This document shows, one piece after another, positions 9,861 through 20,239 of a stretch of DNA of 64,000 nt. This DNA comes from an uncultured delta proteobacterium (GTDB lineage: Bacteria > Desulfobacterota > Zymogenia > Zymogenales > Zymogenaceae). Under the pieces are notes generated by a model, which was not told the DNA's origin, did not search any database, and was given only the letters and a program-made list of their open reading frames with translations. How positions within the stretch are numbered: the first letter of the stretch is position 1; the number at the start of each line of letters is the position of its first letter. The stretch is taken from the NCBI GenBank assembly GCA_963792965.1, contig CAWBYW010000016.1, positions 160,001 to 224,000 on the forward strand, written 5' to 3'. A program made the translations under genes and the position numbers.

Positions 9861-10613
9861 ATGGACCTGAAAGAAGAAATAAGGGAAAAGGCGCGCGAGC
9901 AGGGCTTTGCCCTCTTCGGCGTGGTGGACTCCAAAGACATGGAAGAGGTGGAGACGCCCCCCGGCCGGGGGATCGCCAGGCCCTCCGAGGTGGCGCCGTG
10001 GGCGCGATCGGTCATGGTGCTGGGGATCCGCGTGGCCGATGAGGCGATGAACGTCTCGATCTCAATACCTGTCCCCGGCGGCAAAGACACCTACTATAAT
10101 TTCTATTACGAGATCACGGAGAGCCGCGCCTGGCGCCTGATCCGGTGGATGCGGGAGGAGAAGGGGATCAGGGCCGTGCCCTCCCACCGGATCGCCATGA
10201 AGCCCGCGGCGATGCTTGCCGGAATCGGTTTCATCGGCCACAACACGCAGGTCATCACGCCCGACTTTGGCCCGCGCGTCCGGTTCGTGGCCGTCCTTAC
10301 CGACAAAGAGCTTGAGCCCGACCGTCCCTTTGCCCGCGACCTCTGCGAGGAGGAGCCCGCCTGCCGGGACAAATCGCTCTGCGTGCAGGCCTGCCCCTAC
10401 CGCGCCATCATCCCCGGCCCGTCACAGGGCGTCCCGGCGGGGGAGAAGGTGCTGCTCGAAAAATGCGTCGTCTATCACGTGCAGGATAGGGAGATAGGTA
10501 AACGCTGGGAGAAGTATATCCGCCGCCTGACGAACCGCGGCTTCCTCGAATGCACCCTCTGCAACCTCGCCTGCCCGTACGGGGAGAGGGGGAGAGAAGA
10601 GCGGTTGACGTAA
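9861..10613 (+). CDS. Epoxyqueuosine-reductase (QueG)-like 2x[4Fe-4S] protein
   Basis: Motifs KPAAMLAGIGFIGHNTQVITPDFGPRVRFVAVLTD, C..CVQACP and CTLCNLACP. Confidence 0.75.
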   Translation: MDLKEEIREKAREQGFALFGVVDSKDMEEVETPPGRGIARPSEVAPWARSVMVLGIRVADEAMNVSISIPVPGGKDTYYNFYYEITESRAWRLIRWMREEKGIRAVPSHRIAMKPAAMLAGIGFIGHNTQVITPDFGPRVRFVAVLTDKELEPDRPFARDLCEEEPACRDKSLCVQACPYRAIIPGPSQGVPAGEKVLLEKCVVYHVQDREIGKRWEKYIRRLTNRGFLECTLCNLACPYGERGREERLT

Positions 10614-10654
10614 GGACTTACCGAAACCCCTACGAACCGATAACGAACCTTGAC

Positions 10655-11245
10655 TTATAGCTTCCTGCAGACAAGCTCTCCGTTGCCCACGGGCACCACC
10701 ATGGCGTCGACCCGGACGTCGGACAGCACATAGTCGAGCATTTCCTTTAGCGCCACCTTATGGTTGATCGCGTTGTCGGCCACCAGAATCCCGCCCTCTA
10801 CCATCCTTGGAATGAGCAGTTTATAACAATCGAGATACACGTCCTTTTCGGCATCGAGGAAGCAGAACGATATCTTTTCGTAATCGGCCAGCTTCAGCCG
10901 TGCGTCACCATGAATGAGCCCAACGGTGTCATCCATACCCGTGAGCCGAAACGTCTCTTCGGCTATCTTCACTTTCTCCTCAAGCACCTCGAAGGTGGTA
11001 AGCTTTCGCCCGATCTCACGACACGCAAGCCCAATCCAAAGGGCCGAATATCCGCCGCTCGTGCCTATTTCGACGTAGTCGCCGGCCGGCGCACACCGCG
11101 CCAAAAGAGAAATGAATTTGCCCGTTTCAGCCGGAATCTGCCGGAGGCGTGAAAGCATCGGGGTGCCGTCCGCCCTGTCATGGGCGTCAATATTTTCGAG
11201 ATAACGCATTCTCTCAAGGACGATGGGAGGGATCGTATGAAACAT
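10655..11245 (-). CDS. Class I SAM-dependent O-methyltransferase
   Basis: Motifs [19 protein letters not shown] and GGILVADN. Confidence 0.88.
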   Translation of the reverse strand: MFHTIPPIVLERMRYLENIDAHDRADGTPMLSRLRQIPAETGKFISLLARCAPAGDYVEIGTSGGYSALWIGLACREIGRKLTTFEVLEEKVKIAEETFRLTGMDDTVGLIHGDARLKLADYEKISFCFLDAEKDVYLDCYKLLIPRMVEGGILVADNAINHKVALKEMLDYVLSDVRVDAMVVPVGNGELVCRKL

Positions 11246-11643
11246 TGATTTCCTCCGTCAGTTTTGTTTCTCTCGGCGGATTCACATGCCTTAGCAATCA
11301 TAGAAGCAGCCGATATCCGCTCATGCAATGGTATATCGTGAAATTGTGGGAGTCAATCTCTATTAAGAGGCGCCTGCGAACCCAAGACGCTCCGAGAGAC
11401 CCAGCAGCTTACCAAAAGGGCGCCGCAGCATTCTATAATGTCTTATATATAATGTGACAGCCTGAAAGTCGGCTTCCATGGCGTTTTCGTTTGATTTCAT
11501 CCGGTGACGAGGATAGAATCTACTACCGAAATGGTGACGTGACCATCGTTGAGCGAGCAGCACCGGGCCTTTCGAGGGCATTGAGCTGAATGACCCCATG
11601 TCAGTGGTTCATAGGGGGAATCTCGGATAAAAGGAGATCCGAT

Positions 11644-12996
11644 ATGAAAACCGTAATGAAAAGGGACAGGCTGAGTCTTTCCACGAAGATATTCTACCTC
11701 TTCGGCGACATCGGAGTATCGATGTGCCTGGCTACCGTGGGGTTCTTCATCCTCTTCTATTATGCCGACGTTGCCAAGATCAATCCTGCCCTCGTCGGCA
11801 CGGCGCTGCTCCTGGGGAGGCTCTGGAACGCCGTAAACGATCCCCTGTTCGGTTGGTTTTCCGATCGGACGAGATCGCGCTGGGGAAGGCGAAAAGTATA
11901 TCTCTATTTCGCCTCGATCCCCCTCGGGATCTCCTTTGCCGTCCTCTGGATGGTCCCAAAAGGACTCACCAACGTCACGGCCACCCTCTGGATCCTCGGG
12001 ACCTTCTTTTTCTACTATACCCTCATCAACGTCGTGGCGGTATCCTACTACGCCATGACGCCCGAGCTGACGCGCGACTATGACGAGCGCACCAATCTCA
12101 CCACCTTCCGCATGATCGGCGGGACGATCGGGTACATGTCCGGCGCGGCGTTTCCTCCCTTTATCGCGGGGCTTTTCATTACCGAGCAGATCGGTTGGAG
12201 CATGGTCGGTATCATGTTCGGTGCCTTTGCGGTCGTCTGCATATTTATAACCGCCTTCGGAGTCAAGCAGCGCAAGGAATTAGAGGGCGCTCCTTCGACG
12301 ATCCCGGCGCTGAAATCCATCATGTTCTGTTTCAAGAACAGGCCCTTCGTCTATCTTCTGATCCAGGCCGTCGCGGCCGGGGTCTGTTTCACGCTGGTAA
12401 TGTCGTATATGGCATTCTTCCTTACGTACCAAATGGAAATGAAGGCCAAGATTCCTCTTATCATGACGCTTCTTCTGGTGACGATCGGCGCGTTTCTCTT
12501 TTTCTGGAAATGGTTGACGGACAAATGGGCAAAGGGGCCCACCTACGCCCTCGGCCTCTTCATCGCCTTCGGTGCGATCGCCTGCTCGTTCCTGCTCCCC
12601 CAGGGGGAGAGCATCTGGATATACGTCATCGTCTTTATCGCGGGCTTCGGGTTTTCCGCCCAGTGGGTTTTGCCCTGGTCAATCCTCCCGGATGTCGTGG
12701 AACACGACGAGCTTTTGACCGGCCAGCGGCGGGAGGGGATCTATTACGGGGTAAAAGGGTTTGTCGACAACACCTCCAGCGCCTTCGGCCTCTTCATCGG
12801 GGGATGGGTATTGTCACTGTTCGGGTACGTCCCCGAGGCGGTACAGACCAAGACGGCGCTGTTGGGTATTCGGCTCTTCTTCGGCCCCCTCCCTGCGCTC
12901 CTGGCGTTCATAAGCCTCCCGCTCCTCATCTGGTTTCCGATAACACGGAAGACCCATACCGAGACCCTCGAAAAGCTCAAGGAGAAACGGGATTAG
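11644..12996 (+). CDS. MFS transporter, GPH (MelB-like glycoside-pentoside-hexuronide:cation symporter) family
   Basis: Motifs NDPLFGWFSDRTRSRWGRR, PELTRDYDERT and PDVVEHDELLTGQRREGIYYG; about 12 TM segments. Confidence 0.88.
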   Translation: MKTVMKRDRLSLSTKIFYLFGDIGVSMCLATVGFFILFYYADVAKINPALVGTALLLGRLWNAVNDPLFGWFSDRTRSRWGRRKVYLYFASIPLGISFAVLWMVPKGLTNVTATLWILGTFFFYYTLINVVAVSYYAMTPELTRDYDERTNLTTFRMIGGTIGYMSGAAFPPFIAGLFITEQIGWSMVGIMFGAFAVVCIFITAFGVKQRKELEGAPSTIPALKSIMFCFKNRPFVYLLIQAVAAGVCFTLVMSYMAFFLTYQMEMKAKIPLIMTLLLVTIGAFLFFWKWLTDKWAKGPTYALGLFIAFGAIACSFLLPQGESIWIYVIVFIAGFGFSAQWVLPWSILPDVVEHDELLTGQRREGIYYGVKGFVDNTSSAFGLFIGGWVLSLFGYVPEAVQTKTALLGIRLFFGPLPALLAFISLPLLIWFPITRKTHTETLEKLKEKRD

Positions 12997-13059
12997 TGTA
13001 GTACGAGCGAGGACTTCTGTACGTGATTCCTCAATAGACCTTTAAGCGTAGAGCAAAGA

Positions 13060-13457
13060 ATGATAGTCTTAAGAGCCATTGCTATTTGGGTCGTTGTGAT
13101 CTTCGCCGAGGTCCTTCACGGCGTCTGCGCGAACGCTATTTCTTGTGCCGTACGTGGGTGATTTCAGGGCGCGCCAGATCGGCGTATTCACGGGGTCCGT
13201 CATAATTTTTGCTATTGCTCTTATATCCGTGCGATGGATCAGCGCGTCCCGTGCCGCAGAATTGCTGGCGGTCGGATTTCTATGGCTTGGCCTGATGCTT
13301 GCCTTTGAGTTTCTCTTCGGACATTTCGTCTTAGGCTATTAGCTGGCAGCGGCTCGCCGCAGACTACAACCTGACGAAGGGCGGCCTCATGTCGATCGGT
13401 ATGCTGGTGCTGACGCTATCGCCCTTGATAGCCGGAAAGGTGCGGGGTCTGGTTTGA
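13060..13457 (+). CDS. Small integral membrane protein, two frameshifts
   Basis: Joined frames read MIVLRAIAIWVVVIFAEVLHG.. VPYVGDFRARQIGVFTGS..LAFEFLFGHFVLGY / SWQRLAADYNLTKGGLM..SPLIAGKVRGLV. Confidence 0.6.
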
Positions 13458-13554
13458 TTGACCCCCTTACAGCGTGTCGCAGAATGAGTCAAATCTACCC
13501 TTGGCGCTCTTTGCTCAAACTTTCGCTGAAGACATGCATCTGACGGAGAGAGAG

Positions 13555-14175
13555 ATGGGAAGAAATAGGATTGTCATAATGATGCTTCTTCTATCGCTCC
13601 TTGTTGTGTCAGCCGCTGGATACGCCCAAACCGTCAAGGATTGGTGCAATATTGGAGACTGTGCTGCTGCATCGGGGGATTATGCCAAGGCAATGAAGTG
13701 TTATAGCAAGGCCATCGAGCTCGATCCGAAGTATGCCCCAGTCTACAGTGACCGGGGTAACATGTATCGACTTCAGGGCAAATACGATATGGCTTTTGCC
13801 GACTTCACCAGGGCCATCGAGGTCGACCCGAAGTATGCCCCCGCCTACGTTGACCGGGGGACAACGTATCGACTTCTGGGCAAATACGACCTGGCAATCG
13901 CCGATTTTAGCAGGGCCATCGAGGTCGATCCGAAGCTTGCCCCAGCCTACAATAGCCGGGGTATCGCCTATGGGTGTCTGGCCAAGTACGACCTGGGGAT
14001 CACCGACTTCACAAGGGCCATCGAGCTCGACCCGAAAGACGCCCAGGGCTACTATAACCGGGGAAATGCCTATTACAATTCAGGAAGGATGAATGAAGCC
14101 TTCTCGGATTATAAAAAAGGCTGTGAATTAGGGTCTAAAGATTCTTGTAAAAGCTACGGTCTATTAAAGAGATAA
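13555..14175 (+). CDS. Secreted tetratricopeptide-repeat protein
   Basis: Signal peptide, then about five 34-aa repeats of the form AIE(L/V)DPKYAPAY..RG. Confidence 0.9.
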   Translation: MGRNRIVIMMLLLSLLVVSAAGYAQTVKDWCNIGDCAAASGDYAKAMKCYSKAIELDPKYAPVYSDRGNMYRLQGKYDMAFADFTRAIEVDPKYAPAYVDRGTTYRLLGKYDLAIADFSRAIEVDPKLAPAYNSRGIAYGCLAKYDLGITDFTRAIELDPKDAQGYYNRGNAYYNSGRMNEAFSDYKKGCELGSKDSCKSYGLLKR

Positions 14176-14274
14176 TATCTTATAGGAATACTATGAAGAG
14201 CGAGTATTCCGAAACGAGCGTGACGTAAAAGGGGGTAAATCTACCCCGCAAAACTTTAGCCTCCGCCCCCCCTC

Positions 14275-14907
14275 TCACCCGTTCTCCTCTCCCTCTTTCT
14301 TAGCGTCAAAGGAGATCACGATCTTGCACACGTCGTCCCCTTTGGCCCGGCACAGCACCTCCTTCACGTCGTGCTCGTCCCCCGTGGCCCACTTGGCCAC
14401 CTCGGCGTTCAGCCCGACGTCGCCGAAGCAGATCGGTCCTTCGCTCTTGAGCCCCTTGCACCAGTAGCAGTCAAACAGCTCCAGGATAAACCCCTCCTCG
14501 CCCACGTAGAATCTCTGGTTTTCCCCAAAGACCTTGTTGGTCGATTCCGCGCCGATCTCCATCACCTTTTCGAGCCGTTTCCTTTTTGACAGGAGCTTGA
14601 GCCCAAGCCCCATGAACCCGATCATCGCGGGGTTCTTTTCCATGACGAGCTGAAATCCCCTCCGCCCCGCTTTGTAGAGCAGGGGGCGGGCACCCTTCTC
14701 GCCGAAGACGTCTATGATGCTCCCCACGATCGCGCCGAAATCGCTCCCCGGCACTTCGAGCTTTTCGTCGTTGGGCGGGAAGTTATCCCGGTATTTGGTG
14801 AGCCCGGAATAGTTCAGTATCGAGTTGAGCCCGTTTTCACCTATGATGTCCTCCACGGTAAGCAGAGTAACATACATCATCGAATTCGGAATATACTCCT
14901 TGAGCAT
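14275..14907 (-). CDS. Stand-alone V4R (4-vinyl reductase) domain protein
   Basis: N-terminal EDIIGENGLNSILN; C-terminal CYWC..PIC..EVLCRAKGDDVCKIVI. Confidence 0.75.
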   Translation of the reverse strand: MLKEYIPNSMMYVTLLTVEDIIGENGLNSILNYSGLTKYRDNFPPNDEKLEVPGSDFGAIVGSIIDVFGEKGARPLLYKAGRRGFQLVMEKNPAMIGFMGLGLKLLSKRKRLEKVMEIGAESTNKVFGENQRFYVGEEGFILELFDCYWCKGLKSEGPICFGDVGLNAEVAKWATGDEHDVKEVLCRAKGDDVCKIVISFDAKKEGEENG

Positions 14908-15002
14908 GTCTTTTCCCCCTGGACAGGTCCCAGTTCTATTATCCCCCCCGGCAGGCGGGAAGTCAACGGGCACGGGTTGGAGGGGTCGAGTCTACACTTG
15001 TC

Positions 15003-15124
15003 TTGGTGATACGCGACGGCTGGCTCTACCTATCCACCAGCGACCGGGACGGCCGGGGGACGGTGCGACGCGGTGACGATCGCTCATCAGGATACGCCCG
15101 GTCGACATCAAAGGATTGCCGTGA
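15003..15124 (+). pseudogene. 3' remnant of a PQQ-dependent glucose/sorbosone dehydrogenase gene
   Basis: DGWLYLSTSDRDGRGTVRRGDDR, then shifted IRIRP, matches the typical GSDH C-terminus DGxLYxxTSNRDGRG..DDRIxRI. The rest of the gene is absent. Confidence 0.6.
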
Positions 15125-15177
15125 AATCCGACGCATTGGCCGGACGGCCCTCTCGTGGCCGTCTCTACGCTCTGCCC

Positions 15178-15867
15178 TCACGTTCGGTCGCGTGTCAATC
15201 CCGCGTGATGTGGACAGACCGTTCGGCAGGTGTTACACGCGATCACCCATCCGCCTCCTTCCGTGGAGGAGATGGAGCGTGCCCTGCAGAGGTTCTGGTT
15301 AATCGTTGTCCCGTCCAGCGCCTGCTGCGGGCACGCGTCCAGGCAGATACTGCATCCGTCGTTACATCCGTTGTAAGAGGTGGCGGGGTCTCCCTCGAGC
15401 TCGGCGGAGACCAGCACGGCCCCCAGCCAGATCATGTTTCCGAACGTCTTATTAATCAGAAGCGTGTTCTTCCCCAGCGTCCCCATGCCTGCGAGCCACG
15501 CCGCGTGTTTCAGCGACAGGATGCCCCTCCCGTGGCTCCGATCCGGGTCCCAATAGTCGTACGGCTCGGCGGAGGGAATGGGGACCGAGCCGATACCCTC
15601 GGCCTCCAGCTCTTCAGACAGGCGAAAGGAGATCGCGTCGAGCTTTTCAACCATCTTGTTTCTGACAAAGGTATAGGGGGTGAGGCTCGGCAAGACGAGG
15701 GTGCTTGCCGGAAAGCGCGACGCATAGACGATCACCGATCGGCATCCCTCGTGGATATCGCGCGGGTGAAACCCCTGCGGGGCATCGCTGAACCGGTCGA
15801 CCGGGGCGATCCCGCAGATATCCGCCCCCAGGCCCAGCACCTTCTCCTTCACTTCTTTACAGTCCAT
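15178..15867 (-). CDS. Second QueG-like 2x[4Fe-4S] protein
   Basis: Motifs LGADICGIA, LSLKHAAWLAGMGTLGKNTLLI, CSICLDACP and CNTCRTVCP. Confidence 0.8.
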   Translation of the reverse strand: MDCKEVKEKVLGLGADICGIAPVDRFSDAPQGFHPRDIHEGCRSVIVYASRFPASTLVLPSLTPYTFVRNKMVEKLDAISFRLSEELEAEGIGSVPIPSAEPYDYWDPDRSHGRGILSLKHAAWLAGMGTLGKNTLLINKTFGNMIWLGAVLVSAELEGDPATSYNGCNDGCSICLDACPQQALDGTTINQNLCRARSISSTEGGGWVIACNTCRTVCPHHAGLTRDRT

Positions 15868-15935
15868 CACAAGGCCTTTTCTTCCGTTCAGTTTTATCGT
15901 GTGATACCGACCGCAGAGGACCGTTCCCTTTGCCG

Positions 15936-16367
15936 TTATCCTCGGGCGAGTGCCGTCTTGACGCACGCGGCTCCCAACAGCACCACGATCACGGTCCCGA
16001 CAATCTGGGGCGCGATGAAGAAATAGACCCAGCCCAGCACGGCCACCGCGACGAAGCTCGCGAAGAGCGCCCAGGAGACGGGGAGCAGGGCCGCCCGTGC
16101 CTTTTCATCCAGCCCCCCGAGGTGCCACGTCAGCACCGCCGAGAAGAGCAGAAAAACCGAAAAGAGGAGCCCAAACCCAAGGTACATCCCGCCCCACGTA
16201 ACGGTCGAGCCCATGATCTCAAAATCGACTGACTTCATCAAGGAAAGCACGCCGTCGGCCGCCACCCCGTGGTCGGCGTGCGACAGCATCCCCCCGAACG
16301 TGTGGGAGAGGAAAAAGATGACCAACAGATACGAACAGATCCGATAGAGATTGAAATACCTGGCCAT
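15936..16367 (-). CDS. Hypothetical 4-TM membrane protein
   Basis: AGGAGG RBS before MARYFNLYR; hydrophobic segments; SHTFGGM motif. Confidence 0.65.
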   Translation of the reverse strand: MARYFNLYRICSYLLVIFFLSHTFGGMLSHADHGVAADGVLSLMKSVDFEIMGSTVTWGGMYLGFGLLFSVFLLFSAVLTWHLGGLDEKARAALLPVSWALFASFVAVAVLGWVYFFIAPQIVGTVIVVLLGAACVKTALARG

Positions 16368-16525
16368 GCCATTCCTCCTTATACAGCGGTGACGGAAATA
16401 CGTTTTGATTATATCACGATCTATCGGGGCCACGACGCGGCCGGCGCGGAGAGAAATCTCCTTTCCGGCGCGACGATCCATAGGCGGAGTGGGGGACCCA
16501 GCAGAATCTCTGGACATGTGTCTGG

Positions 16526-17137
16526 TCACAGGAAGTCCGGCAGGACCCCACATAACGCCTCGACTGCGCGCCTGCGGTGGCTGATTTCGTTCTTCTCGGC
16601 CTCCGTCATCTCCGCGTAGGTCTTGCCGAGCGGCGGATAAAAGAAGATCGGGTCGTAGCCGAACCCTTTGCTCCCACGTGGCGCACGGATAATCTGCCCT
16701 GCGCACTCCCCCCTGACGACCATCTCCCTTCCATCGGGCGATACCAGCGCGATCACCGCCACGAAGCGCGCCCCTCTCTCCCCTTCCGGGACCCCGGAAA
16801 GCTCGCGCAACAGCTTCTCGTTGTTTTGCTCGTCGGAGGAGCCTTCCCCGGCGTATCGTGCCGACATCACCCCCGGTGCGCCGCCCAGGGCATCCACCTC
16901 TATGCCGGAGTCGTCGGCCAAGGCTACGTGCGCGGTGCGACGCGCCGCTTCCCGGGCCTTGATGAGGGCGTTTTCCTCAAACGTCTTGCCGGACTCGACC
17001 ACGTCGGGATAATCGGGAAAGTCGGAAAGAGAACGCAGAGTGACGAGCCTCAGGAGCCCCAGTCCGTCCATGATCCGGCCGAGTTCGTTGAGCTTTCCCC
17101 GGTTCTTGGTGGCGACGACGATCTCAGGAGCGCTCAA
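16526..17137 (-). CDS. rdgB: XTP/dITP diphosphatase (RdgB/HAM1)
   Basis: Motifs [47 protein letters not shown] and SHR; canonical position after rph. Confidence 0.95.
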   Translation of the reverse strand: MSAPEIVVATKNRGKLNELGRIMDGLGLLRLVTLRSLSDFPDYPDVVESGKTFEENALIKAREAARRTAHVALADDSGIEVDALGGAPGVMSARYAGEGSSDEQNNEKLLRELSGVPEGERGARFVAVIALVSPDGREMVVRGECAGQIIRAPRGSKGFGYDPIFFYPPLGKTYAEMTEAEKNEISHRRRAVEALCGVLPDFL

Positions 17138-17855
17138 TGATCTCTCCGAGGAGCTCCTTCTGTTTTGCGATGAGCCGCGCGATCCCGTCCCGGGCAAGCT
17201 CCATCATCATATCGAGGGTCTTCTGATCAAACGGGTGGTTTTCCGCGGTGCCCTGGACCTCCACGAAGAGGCCGGATCCCGTGATGACGAAGTTCATATC
17301 GACCTCGGCGGCGGAATCCTCCTTGTAGTCGAGGTCCAGGAGTATCTTTCCGTCCACCACCCCCGCGCTGATTGCCGCGATATAGTCCCTGATCGGGAAC
17401 CGGGAGATCTGCCCCGACTTCTTCAGCTTCAACAGCGCGTATGCCAGCGCCACGAAACCGCCCGTGATGGAGGCCGTCCTTGTGCCGCCGTCGGCGCAGA
17501 TGACGTCGCAGTCGATCCAGATCGTCTTTTCGCTCAGGGCCGACAGATCGACCACCGCCCTGAGCGCCCTGCCGATGAGCCGCTGGATCTCAAGGGTGCG
17601 GCCCCCCGCCCGCCCCTGGGTGACCTCGCGGGTCATCCGGGTTTCGGTCGAGCGGGGCAGCATCCCGTACTCCGCCGTCACCCACCCGTCCCCGGTGCCC
17701 TTGAGAAAGTTCGGCACCCGATCCTCCACGGAGGCGGTGACGACCACCCGGGTGAGCCCCATCTCGATGAGGACGCTCCCTTCCGCGTAGGGGATATAGT
17801 TGGGCGTAATGACAACGGGACGTATGGCGTTAAGCTGCCTCCCGTTTCTCCTCAT
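17124..17855 (-). CDS. rph: Ribonuclease PH
   Basis: Motifs [48 protein letters not shown] and EVQGTAE. Confidence 0.97.
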   Translation of the reverse strand: MRRNGRQLNAIRPVVITPNYIPYAEGSVLIEMGLTRVVVTASVEDRVPNFLKGTGDGWVTAEYGMLPRSTETRMTREVTQGRAGGRTLEIQRLIGRALRAVVDLSALSEKTIWIDCDVICADGGTRTASITGGFVALAYALLKLKKSGQISRFPIRDYIAAISAGVVDGKILLDLDYKEDSAAEVDMNFVITGSGLFVEVQGTAENHPFDQKTLDMMMELARDGIARLIAKQKELLGEIIERS

Positions 17856-17919
17856 CCAGTCTACCTGCTTCGCATTCTTGTATGGTTTCAAGGCCCACCC
17901 TGTATACGTGAGGGTACGA

Positions 17920-17948
17920 ATCATACTGGTTTCGCCTCTGCCTGTCAA
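17920..17948 (-). promoter_or_regulatory. Sigma70 promoter of rph-rdgB
   Basis: TTGACA-N17-TATGAT on the minus strand. Confidence 0.6.
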
Positions 17949-18396
17949 GGGATAACGACCCTCCCGCCCAACGCTCGCGACGTGCCGCCGGAATACAGGA
18001 ATATGAAGGAAAACAGGAATGGCGGGGAAAGCCGCTGCCGCACACAACCGACCGCATGCAACGGTACGGAAGATGACCTGCATCAGTGGAACAAAAGTGC
18101 AAGTTATTTTGCATCCTGGCAACATCTCGTTATCATTAGAAATATCGGTATCTGTTCCTGACAGGATAAACTCGATGAAACACCGTTGAAACATGCATGC
18201 AACGCCTCAGAAACCGCGTTAAGATGCTGTGCGATAACCTGCTGTAATCATTATAGTATTTGGCCACGGACATCGGGTGGATCGTGCCCGCATATAGGCA
18301 TGGATATTGCTTAATATATGGCCAGACACATACGGTTTGGTATATGAGATCTCCGGCAACCGTGTGTATTCATGCAACGAGAGAAAGGAGGAGAGA

Positions 18397-19092
18397 ATGA
18401 ATAAGAAAAGACTGATGGTGCTTGATAACGATTCCCAATTCGTCGGCTCTCTCAACACCGCGTTGGGCAAGACCTATGACGTGCTGTGGGTCAAGGAAGT
18501 CGCCGCCGCCGTCCAGACCATTCATTCATGCGAGGCGGACGTCATCCTCGTCAACTTCGCCGTCGGCGTCGAGGGGGGGTTCTCCGTAATCCGGGAGGCA
18601 AAGAAGTGGGCGATCCCATCGGTCGTCGTCACCCATCTCTCGACGGAGGAGATGGCCATCGAGGCCCTCAACTCCGGCGTCTCGTATTATATCAAGAAGC
18701 CGGTCCTTCTGGAGGACCTGGCAAAAGCCGTCAACCGGGTCGCGGGCATCCCGAGCGCCGATATGGATACCATCGAGCGCGTGAGATTCTTCATCGTAGA
18801 AAATTACATGAAAGACATCTCGGTCAACGACCTTTCGGACTCGGTCGGCATCAGGCGGCAGAAGATCTTCTACCACTTCAAGAAGCGGTACGGCAAGGGG
18901 ATCAAGTCATATCTGCGCGACATCAGGATGCAGAAGGCGCAGGAGTTGCTGGAGACCACCGACCTTGCGATCTACCGTATCGCCAAGGCCGTCGGATATA
19001 ATCACTTCGGCTATTTTTGTCGGGAATTCAAGCGCCTCTACCACCTGACCCCCAAAGAGATCAGGAGGGGCCGCTACCAGCAGGCCAGCTGA
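18397..19092 (+). CDS. AraC family transcriptional regulator with N-terminal atypical receiver domain
   Basis: REC-like N-terminus ending YIKKP; AraC HTH signature IAKAVGYNHFGYFCREFKRLYHLTP. Confidence 0.88.
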   Translation: MNKKRLMVLDNDSQFVGSLNTALGKTYDVLWVKEVAAAVQTIHSCEADVILVNFAVGVEGGFSVIREAKKWAIPSVVVTHLSTEEMAIEALNSGVSYYIKKPVLLEDLAKAVNRVAGIPSADMDTIERVRFFIVENYMKDISVNDLSDSVGIRRQKIFYHFKKRYGKGIKSYLRDIRMQKAQELLETTDLAIYRIAKAVGYNHFGYFCREFKRLYHLTPKEIRRGRYQQAS

Positions 19093-19219
19093 TTCTTACT
19101 TGCTCAAGGCGCATGCCGGCTCCAGGGAGGGAAGGGGCCGTTGCCGGTGATCCGGGGAGAGGAGGATGACGCCGATCTTTCCGGCGCCGGGGACGTGAAT
19201 AGAGGGGAGGACCGAGCCG

Positions 19220-20239
19220 TTATCCGTCCTGCTTCTGCCATTCATCGAGGCGGCAGCAGGAAACGCGGTGCCCTTTCTCCACTTCGACCATGGGCGGGAC
19301 GAACTCGCAGCACGACGGGTCGTCCACCGGGCAGCGGGTATGAAACCGGCATCCCGGCGGCGGTGATATGGCCGACGGGATCTCTCCCCTCGGGATGGCG
19401 TGGGCCCTGCGCATCTTCGGGTCCGGCACCGGAACCGCAGACAGGAGGGCCCGTGTATAGGGATGCATCGGGTTGTGAAAAACCTGGTCCACCGTGCCGA
19501 TCTCCACGATGATTCCGAGATACATGATCGCGATCCGGTCGCAGATATATTTCGCGGTCGCAAGGTCGTGGGTCACAAAGAGGTAGGTGAGCGATAGATC
19601 TTCTTTCAGCTCTCGCATCATCTCGAGGATCAGCGCCCGCACCGAAACGTCCGCCATGGCGATCGGCTCGTCGGCCACCACCAGCTTGGGGGAAAGGACG
19701 AGTGCCCGCGCAAGGACCACCCTCTGCTTTTGCCCCCCCGAGAGGAGATGGGGATAGCGCTTGTAGATGTCGTTCACGGGGGTGAGCGCCACCCGCCTCA
19801 TGACTTCCTTGACCCGCTCTTCCCGTTCTTTCTTATTTCCGATTTTCTGAATCACGAGAGAATAGCCGATATTATCGCCGACCGTCATGCGGGGGTTCAG
19901 CGACGCATGCGGGTCCTGAAACACCATTTGCATGTTGGGGCGAAAACGTCTGAGATCTTCCCCTTTCAGGTTCGTGATATCCCTGCCCTCGAACCGGATC
20001 TCCCCCTCGGTCGGATCAATGAGCCGCATGATGAGGCGTCCCGTAGTGGTCTTGCCGCAGCCGCTCTCGCCGGCAAGCCCCATGACCTCACCCTTATTGA
20101 TCTGGAAGGTGACGTCGTCCACCGCGCGCACGAAGCTTTTCTTTGCCGTGAGGAGATTTGTGATCAATCCGGTCTGTACGGGAAAATACTTTTTGAGATT
20201 CTTGACGGCAACGACTACTTCGCGCTCACTCATCGTCAT
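19220..20239 (-). CDS. Oligopeptide/dipeptide ABC transporter ATP-binding protein (OppF/DppF)
   Basis: Motifs GESGCGKTT, LSGGQKQR, ADEP, HPYT and PPPGCRFHTRC. Confidence 0.93.
   Translation of the reverse strand: MTMSEREVVVAVKNLKKYFPVQTGLITNLLTAKKSFVRAVDDVTFQINKGEVMGLAGESGCGKTTTGRLIMRLIDPTEGEIRFEGRDITNLKGEDLRRFRPNMQMVFQDPHASLNPRMTVGDNIGYSLVIQKIGNKKEREERVKEVMRRVALTPVNDIYKRYPHLLSGGQKQRVVLARALVLSPKLVVADEPIAMADVSVRALILEMMRELKEDLSLTYLFVTHDLATAKYICDRIAIMYLGIIVEIGTVDQVFHNPMHPYTRALLSAVPVPDPKMRRAHAIPRGEIPSAISPPPGCRFHTRCPVDDPSCCEFVPPMVEVEKGHRVSCCRLDEWQKQDG

Noticed and set aside
13700-14080. Direct DNA repeats with ~102-nt period resembling a CRISPR or tandem array
   Set aside because: They are the 34-aa TPR coding repeats.
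16370-16525. Possible extra coding segment between rdgB and the membrane protein
   Set aside because: It is only an upstream in-frame extension with no recognisable motif; the RBS supports the start at 16367.
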